The notes beneath the pieces were generated by a model that was not told the origin of the DNA, did not search any database, and worked only from the letters and a program-made list of their open reading frames with translations. DNA of 54,631 nucleotides from Guillardia theta CCMP2712 (Eukaryota; Protista; Cryptophyta). The stretch lies in assembly GCF_000315625.1 (NCBI RefSeq), contig NW_005434514.1:70740-125370 (forward strand), in the 5' to 3' direction. Positions 46,799-54,631 of the stretch are shown piece by piece; position 1 is the stretch's first letter, and the number at the start of each line of letters is the position of its first letter. Both the position numbers and the translations under genes were made by a program.

Positions 46799-47374
46799 CT
46801 CTCCTGCGACCAAGAGAAGCTAGCCCTCGCTCTTCATCTCCTTCCTCCCTCTGACGCTTGTACAGACTCACCCGGATCGCGCGCGCGAGAGCTGATACAC
46901 CACCTCTACCGAGACCTTGTGCACATCGCACAGGCAAGAGCGGCGGCTGGGGGTCAGCAGGCGGCAGAGCTCAGGAGAGGGAGGGACTAGCGAGGAGCGG
47001 CGAGGGGAGGAGGGGACGCACCAACACAACCATCGCGCTACTGGTTGCCATCAAGGCAGCTCACACCAAAGGCCGTCCTTCCCCACCCCTCCTTTGCCCT
47101 CTGATTGTACCCCACCAATACCAAGTACCCACCAGGGGTATTGCCTTTAATCTCTGGGAGGCTGAGGGGGTCCGTCTAGCTGCGGGGTTAACTCCCTTTC
47201 CCCGGGCCCCCTCATCCACCAATTTCTTTGGGTTCCGACATGGGCCGGTAGCTACGAGAACTGGTGGCTCGAGGAGGAGGGCGAGAAGGAGGAGGAGAAG
47301 GCAGACGATGAGGAGGGGAGGAGGAAGAGGAGGAGAAGGCAGGCGATGAGGAAGTGAGGAGGAAGAGAAGGAGC

Positions 47375-50300
47375 ATGGAAGGCGATAAAGAAGAGGAGGA
47401 CGAGGTCGTCGCCCCAGCATGCTACATCGAAGGATGAGCGCGATGCTATCCAGACTCGACCAAACGATCTGACGAGGACTCAAGATTCGAGGAAGATCAT
47501 CTAAGGTATGACAGTTGATATGCAAGTTCGCAGCTGTACCAAGATCCTGTTCATGATCCTTTGTTTCATCACATGAACAGACATGCAGGAAGAATCGGAG
47601 CTTTCGGGATTCGTAGCACGTAAAAGAGCTTTCATTTGAGATGCCATCCTCTCAGTTTCAAGAGATTTTGAGGTAAAGAGTGTAAAACGATCTCGAATCT
47701 CCTCTCATCGTCTGAGAACTGCAGGAGCGAGCAGTCAGATCGGAATGAGTTTCATCGGAGAATGGGAATTGAGGCCCCAGTAATGGATGTTTCCTTCACA
47801 ACCAGCTTGACAAGTGAATCAGGCGAACAAGGAGAAAGATGACATCCGATGTCATCGAACGCCAGCTGACGTGATGACTTTGGAGAAGCAACTACAGCAC
47901 AAGACTGCCATAGTCAAGAGACACCAGGAGGTTGTCTGATATCGGACTGACCTCTCTTCTTGTTGACCGCTTCCAAGATGGATGAAATCCTCAAGACTGC
48001 TGGTGTGAGGGCGACAGATAGGGTTTACATTGAATCGCTGCTGTCAGTTTCCTCGAGTATGAACAAACACTCTCGAGTTGCTGCTGCTGATTGCTCGCTT
48101 CCCAGGATATCTGGATGTCACTCTTCAAGACTCGCTAGAGGTCTCTCTGCGCGATCTTGACAGGAGAGACGTGGGTAAGTTTGAGAGAAAAGCATGTCAT
48201 ATCAAGTGATTCTTTCAAGGACATGTCAGTGTTTCTAAAGTCTACATGGCATATGATGAAGCGAAGTCAAAGCCATCGAAGAGTGAACATTGTTCTCCAT
48301 AATCTTGTTGAATTTGATGTCTGACTGCGCAGAAATTCCTGAGAGTGGAGAGAAAATTCTGTTGAAGGTATTCAAGCAGAACGCCAGCGAGTTGCAACCA
48401 GCGGAGATCGTGGACACATACCTGGACAACGACAGGAGGGTCAAGTTCATGCTCCGATTGGCTGACTCGTCGTTGAGCGAAAACTTCAGGTCGAGGATCT
48501 TCACTGAGAGGTATGAAAGGCTTGAGGTTCTTTCTTAGTGTCGCCTGCTGAAGCTGGGGTTGGAAGCGAGATTGCAGATCCACACCATGGGCTGATGCAA
48601 GAAGACGTCATTCCTCAGAGCAAAGATTTGGCATCAATGATATCAGACATCTTGCAAACACGTAAGGTTGCTCCCAACATGCAACAAGTGTGTAGTAAGT
48701 TCATCTTGAGTCAACCCTTCAAAGTCAGCAGCTGGGTGCATGGGTTTGAGGACGATGTGTTCGAGACCATCTTGATTCCTCTCAGCAAGTTTGAAATCGA
48801 CGCCCTGCTCAAGGCAGACCAGCAAAAGTTGGAGGAGACGCTGGTGGCTCGTATAGAGGGTGAGATTCTGCGGTTCATAGAGACCTTCGGAGACAGTGAT
48901 GACGTCACGTCCAAGTTCGAGTCGAATGTTGCAGAGAGTGAAGAGCCCAAGTCGTTGATCTCTCGATCCATCAGCAGCAGAAGGAGCAGGTCGACCTCCC
49001 ACAACGATGACTTGCTCTCGATGTCTTCTGCTGCTGTCACTCTCAACTCGAGAAAGAACGCTCTCAATATGAACAAGAAGAGGAATACAGGCTTCAAGAT
49101 TCGTGTCGACACCAATGACTCGAAGCGATTTGAAATCTTCGAGATGGATTTCAACTTTGACTATCAGTACACTGCTCCTTACTTTGTCTTGCGTGCAAAT
49201 TGTGAAGCGTATCTCGGGCTGTCCAAGACAGAGCGATTTGTTGATCTGCTGCTCAACTCAAAGGTGGTGGGTAAGGATCGCAAAGATGCGCTCAGCGTTC
49301 TGAACCTACAGTTTCAAAAGACTTGTGACGTCTTCATTCAGCATTTGAGTGACGCAGAGACTTCTGGTCTGCATCAGCAACTGAACTCTCTTGACAAAGG
49401 TGATGCTCTGATTTTGATATCGGTGTTGTCTGCCTCTGATTGCAGCTTTGTATTGTAGAGTTCATGGATGTCAAAGCGATGTTCGTAGAGTTGATCGCTG
49501 CTGTCGAGAAAAACCCCAAACTTGGAGAAAATCAAAAGAAGACGCAAGGAAAGGAGCCCATGGAATTTGAACATGAATACTTCGCATGGCTGATTTCAAA
49601 GAAGTTTTCATACTTCCTTGATCGTGAAGTCAATCTCAGAACCCAGCAGATCTTTGATTCTGCACTCAACCATGCCATGACCCACCATATCGCGAAGTTG
49701 CATATCCAAACAATCATCCCCACGTTTGAATCATTGAGCTCTGCCGTCGAGGTTGTTCAGCGAGCGTTCCGCTCGTTTCTCTCGCGCAGAGCGATCAGGG
49801 AGTGTGAGGCGTACTGGAGCAGGATAACAGGAAGCATCCTCTTTGAAGGCCCGGTAGAGCCCTTGCAGAAGAACTTCATCGTGTCGGACGGACCAGAGGT
49901 CTGGAACTACTACCGCGACCACTCCATCTCCATCCAAGTGCCGGGAGGAGGAGGAGAGGTGGAAACAAGGATCATTCGGCGGTACACAGCCTCGAGGCAG
50001 GTACAAGTGCAGACTCCCTTCTCCTTCGTCCCTTGCAAGGGCCTCAGGTACGACATGAACCATCCCGATGATCCGCGAACGGTCGAGGCGATGCGACGGG
50101 ACCTCTTCCTGACCGAAGACTTGAGTCACTCCGGCATGATCGGCAAGCAGGAGCTGCAGAGGATCTTGTTGCTGGTGGGGGTCCAGCAGGACCTCGAGGA
50201 CTGCGAGGAGCTCGTGGAGAGGTATGGGAGTAAGAGCTCGGGCAAGGTGACGTTGCAGGAGTACCTCAAGCTCATGAATGACAAGACCAGCGCTGAGCAC

Positions 50301-53135
50301 AAGGCAAGAAGTATGCTGCACATAAGCAAGTCAGAGGCTTCGTCCCTGTCGCACAGAGTCAGCATCGTCTCATCCTCCATGCCTCCCTCCTACGTCAGCG
50401 GGAGGCAGTTTGGCAGCGCAGACGACTATGAAAGTGAGGTCGAGGTAGCCGGAATGTGGGCCTTCTTCGGAGAGTACAGAGACTTTGCTGGTGAGGTGGT
50501 GCGGTCATGGCCAGACAATTCTCTTCCAGAGATCTTGAACGATGTCTCCGGCAAGGTGGTGGTGATCGACTTTGATCAGGACAACTTCTTAGAACAGGCT
50601 CAAAACGCTTCAGACTGCGGAGCTCGCGCGATTCTGTTTTCCCAGCACACCATCGCATCTGAGAAACACTTCTCGCAGGATTTCTTCTCGGATTCAAAGG
50701 CAAAAGCTCGCCAGTTTCCTCTGCCGGTAAGTCGGATGGAACTTGTTAGAGCTGCTGCAAGACAAAGACAGTGAGTTGGACATGTTCAGATCATCATGAT
50801 ACATCGGCAACATAAGCGAATGCTGCTCAACGGTTCGTTGGTGAGAGTTGAGATTGTCAACCCCGACAAGAAGAACATGTTTTCATGTTGGCCTTGCAAG
50901 GCATTGAGTAAGTTAAGTCTCTTCATGCCTGATGGTTCAATTGACACAAGTGCAGGTGTGAATGAAATTGAAGAGAACATCTCGAACAGCAGAGAAGAGA
51001 TGGAGAATATCTTCATGAAAGCACTCAACAGCGTCATAGAAGAAGCTTCTGTCTTCGGTTCAACCATGCAGGATGTGGAAGTTTGGAACGATGATGAATT
51101 GAATGAGGCGATGAAAGCTATCCACTGGAACGTGAGCGTGCAAGAGAAGAACAAGGACGAAATTCGTCTTGGTCTGAAGTTCACCAACGCTATCCACCCG
51201 CAAACCAAGTTCGAGAAGCTTGTGGAGCTTCAGTTGAACGGCGCAAGCTTCCTACCAACGTTGCCTTCACCTCAGGACCAGTACTTCATCAAGCTCAGAT
51301 GTCAAGAAGAGACAACTGAAACAGCAAAGATGGAGGGGAACGACAGTCCCTTTTGGGGGGAGAACTTTCAGTTTCGTCTCACAGATGATAAAGTGTTGAA
51401 AGAGACCTTGGTGGAGATCAAGGAAACTTTCGACAGGATTTGCGACAACGATTCGATCTCAGTGAACGACCTGCCGAAACTCTTCGGAGAGTTCAACACC
51501 TTGCTGCAGAACGAAGAGGCCACGATGATCCTCAAGAAGTACGACGCCAACAAGAACGGGACGCTTGAATGGAACGAGATCGTGAGACTGTACCAGGACT
51601 TCCAGCTTGCAAACTTCTACATCGAGCTGGAACTTTGCTTTCAGTCCGGCGAAGAAAGTTTCAAGATCGGACACAGCATCATCACCCTCCCCGAGAACCC
51701 GACGAAGAGATCCGAGATGGTCCCTGAATTTCTCAGCTCGCTGTTTGCTGACGTTGCAACAGATGGTCTACATCCAGAACGACGTCGGGAGGTTTCTCAT
51801 GAACGAGGAGGACTGCATGTCCTTCGTACGCGTGGAGGTGCAGGTGCTGCAGTATTCCTCCATGCGGCAAGAAGCCTCGCCGGCCAGTAAAGCCGTTGCC
51901 CTGGTGACACGTCAGATCGCGAGTTTGTGGCTGTGACTTGCGCCCAGCTGTTGAGCAACGGAGCTGTGAAGGAGGAGCTGAAAGCAGCTCGAGCCATCGA
52001 CTCTGACAAGTTCTCGACCTGTCTGGTCCTGCGCAAAGTTGTGCCTGACATCTCGGAGCACCCTCACCGCCTGTTCCGCTGCTTCGTCCACGACGAGGTA
52101 ACGTGCGATTCTGACGGCGATGTGTTGACTTGCGGGCTGCAGACGGTGACTGCTATCTCCCAACTCAACTCTTCCGTCTTCTACTTCGAGCTGCAGAGCA
52201 GCAAGGTGCTGCAGGGCGTGAAGGCGTCAGTCTTGAAGTTCTTCCACGTGCGACAAGAGAACTCCCGAGCATGCGTGACCTCTGCTCTCTGAACGAAGTG
52301 AGCAGGAGGAGCTTCACATGAAGATGAAGGCCATGGCGTTCGACGATTTCCTCTTCGACGTCTTCGTCCCTCCTGATCAAGGGTAGCTATCACCCCAGCA
52401 GGTTCGAAGAGGATGATCCCATGGCAGGCGATGTATCCTGCTGGAAGTCTACCCGTTCAGTGACAGCACTGACGCTGCTCTGTACGACTGGAGCAGCGAA
52501 GATGATCGGAGGATAGTGCTGGGCGACAAGGTGCCTTGAGATGGCTCCCTTGAGCGAGGAGATGATCGAGCTTCAGGTGCCGAGGTCCCATCGCAGCACA
52601 AAAGACGCGCGGAGGACGAGCTTGCTGTTTCCCCCTTGCGATGTCCGTGTTGGTGAGGGAGGATGGAGGGAGGGGAAGGAGTTGGTTCACGTTGCTCCCT
52701 CCCTAGCCCGCAGCCCGAGGCGCCATGTTGTTTCAACCCTGCCCGAGAGACTTCAGAACTGCTTCAAGGTCGCTGAGAGGAGTCGAGAGGCGCTGGGATG
52801 CTGAAGTTTGGATGCAGCGAGTTCTAGAGGAGAAAAAGTTGTCACATCTGTTGGAAGAGGAAGAGAATCAGGAAGAGGAAGAGAAGTAATCAATGCTGAA
52901 GGATCAAATTCCACGGGTTCTGGTGACTCTCTGACACAGGACTGAAGTGCATGAGCGATCAGGAATGAGGTTGTTCAACATGACAAGCTCCATCCTCCAA
53001 AGAAAAGTAAAGAAGATGACCACTAGGAATCTCAAGTCTCCTCGAACAGGTTCGAAGTCTCTCTCCCCCCTCCTCCATCTGATCGCTGGAAAATCAGAAG
53101 GTCAAGTGAAGACGAGAGTATGTACAGTATCGTGA
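47375..53135 (+). CDS. Large multidomain protein: split Cdc123-like ATP-grasp with IQ, EF-hand pair, PA domain and C2 domain (containing a second EF-hand pair)
   Basis: Cdc123-like N-half FKVSSWV...FETILIPLS. IQ-like VQRAFRSFLSRR. EF-hands DLSHSGMIGKQEL and SSGKVTLQEYLKLM. PA-like DVSGKVVVID...FLEQAQNASDCGARAILF. C2 SPFWGENFQF. EF-hand DANKNGTLEWNE. Cdc123-like C-half LVLRKVV...FRCFVHDE|TVTAISQ...FLFDVFV...ILLEVYPFSDSTDAALYDW. Both ends are approximate. Confidence 0.65.
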
Positions 53136-53208
53136 GCCCTCAACTCCCGTGAACTGACCCGGAATGGCGGGAGGAGGTTTGTTGTAGATGATTGTTCTAT
53201 GTACAAGT

Positions 53209-54133
53209 TCAGTAAAGAAGACCTTGAGTCGCCTGAAGATCGTTGATCTCCTTAACATGATATCGAAACTGAAGCGTTAGGAACGCCCCGATGCCGTCGC
53301 TCCCTACCAGCCTCTTCTCCTCTCTCGCCTGCTTGTTCTTGGCAGCTCTTTCGGGAGCGTACAGAGGAAAGTTCTTGGTCAAGGAGCCGTTCAGCATCGT
53401 TACACCACATTCTCGAAGGATGTTGTTGAGGTTTTCGCATGTCAATCTTGACCTTCCGATCACTTCATGCTCGTTCGACATGTTGTAGGTGTACAACTCA
53501 AACGTCAGCTCCGCATCGGCGCTCGATCGCAGCAGGAACTTCTCGTCCCACACTGGCGAGAGGCTGAACTCAATGTCAGCTTCTTCCGGTCCATCGATCA
53601 CGTTGCTTCACCTCTTCGCCGACACTTTAGAGGTGAAAACCGCCTAGAGGTTTGACATCGGTCAATTCTCAACGGACGTCAAGTCACTGACCTTGTTCTG
53701 CATCGTCGCCACCACAAAAGTGTCGGGAAGGGCTCCAGAGTCCAGCTTCTGCAGATGACCTACGACAAGGGTCTTAGGAACCTCCAGCTGGGCTCGAGCT
53801 GCACACCAGCTGAGGCGACGGTCACCTCCAGCCTCCTGCACTGCCCTGCGACTCCGAACAGCCCGTCCTGCCGGGGGAGCTAGTCAGCAAGCACGTAGCT
53901 GACGGGGAGCTGGGAACCTCCAGTCGGAACCGAAGATGGTTGGGCTCGAGATCAGCGATGTCGGAGTAGACAAGGTCCCTGGCGAAGTCGACGAGGAGGT
54001 CGAGGCAGTGCTCTACCTCGTCATGCGGCATGTCCTCGACCCCCGCCATGTACCTCGGCATCTGCATGTGCTGATGGGACTGCGTCAGAAGCTCCTGCTC
54101 TGAGAAAGCTTGCCTTGATATGAACGACTCTGC

Positions 54134-54232
<99 letters not shown>

Positions 54233-54598
54233 CTCCCCCATCCTCCTCTTCCTCCTTGTCCTCCTCATTGTCTTGCTCTACCGCGCGTTCTTCCTCCTCC
54301 TCTCCCTCTCCCTCTTTCCTTCTTCCTCTTCCTCATCCCGTCATTGTCCTGTTCCTTGTCCTCGTCCTCCTGTTCTCACCTTGTTCTTCTTGATCATCTG
54401 CTCGATCCATCCGCCCAGCTGGGGCTTCCATGAGGGAGCTGAAAATTGCACGATGCGCCCGCAGAGGAGGGGGCTGCCGAGGTTTTCAACCTGGAGGAAG
54501 AAGATGCTCTTTGCTTGCTCGGAGAGTACTTGTCTTGCTGTGGATGAACAATGAGTTGAGGAAAGCGAGGACGGATGATATGATAGAGATGATGGAGG

Positions 54599-54631
<33 letters not shown>
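53209..54631 (-). CDS. C2-domain protein, 3' part; start lies outside the window
   Basis: LQKLDSGALPDTFVVAT...SLSPVWDEKFLL...LTFELYTYNMSNEHEVIGRSRL, with stop at 53209. Confidence 0.75.
54131..54230 (+). repeat. (GCT)n microsatellite, intronic
   Basis: Directly visible; it generates false poly-Ala ORFs on both strands. Confidence 0.95.

Larger units (their letters stand above)
39543..47217. repeat. Large inverted duplication: arms 39543-43173 and 43528-47217 with a ~350-bp spacer
   Basis: Mirror-image ORF sets (39947/46813, 40435/46325, 42321/44405). The arms are reverse complements with scattered SNPs, small indels and one divergent block. Confidence 0.97.

Noticed and set aside
39543-47217. 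DNA transposon or foldback element with long terminal inverted repeats
   Set aside because: The arms encode an intron-containing secreted protein, and no transposase or target-site duplication is evident.

Overview
This is eukaryotic nuclear DNA from a gene-dense, intron-rich draft assembly. It has many 45-60 nt GT-AG introns with CTGAC-type branch points, microsatellite-filled longer introns and eight N gaps. Bipartite/tripartite complex-plastid leaders and an LRLRGG leader motif suggest a cryptophyte alga (inference). About 13 genes can be modelled by hand: a coiled-coil/PDZ protein, an LRR-SKICH-DUF4062-NACHT protein, a DAO-family FAD oxidoreductase, a Pol5/MYBBP1A homolog, a TPR protein, RPS12, a second coiled-coil/PDZ protein, the CtpA D1-processing protease, two inverted copies of a secreted Sib-like/MABP/LysM gene, a Cdc123-like ATP-grasp protein with EF-hand, PA and C2 inserts, and a C2 protein. 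Four observations stand out. (1) A ~3.6 kb near-perfect inverted duplication (39543-43173 / 43528-47217) whose genes differ mainly in a ~105 bp block encoding the second LysM motif. (2) A nucleolar Pol5/MYBBP1A homolog with an ER signal peptide and a leader ending in the ubiquitin C-terminal hexapeptide LRLRGG, a candidate nucleomorph import substrate. (3) An NLR-like protein with its LRRs at the N-terminus. (4) A split Cdc123-like domain with nested Ca2+-sensor modules. All gene models and domain calls come from manual reading; no database searches were run.
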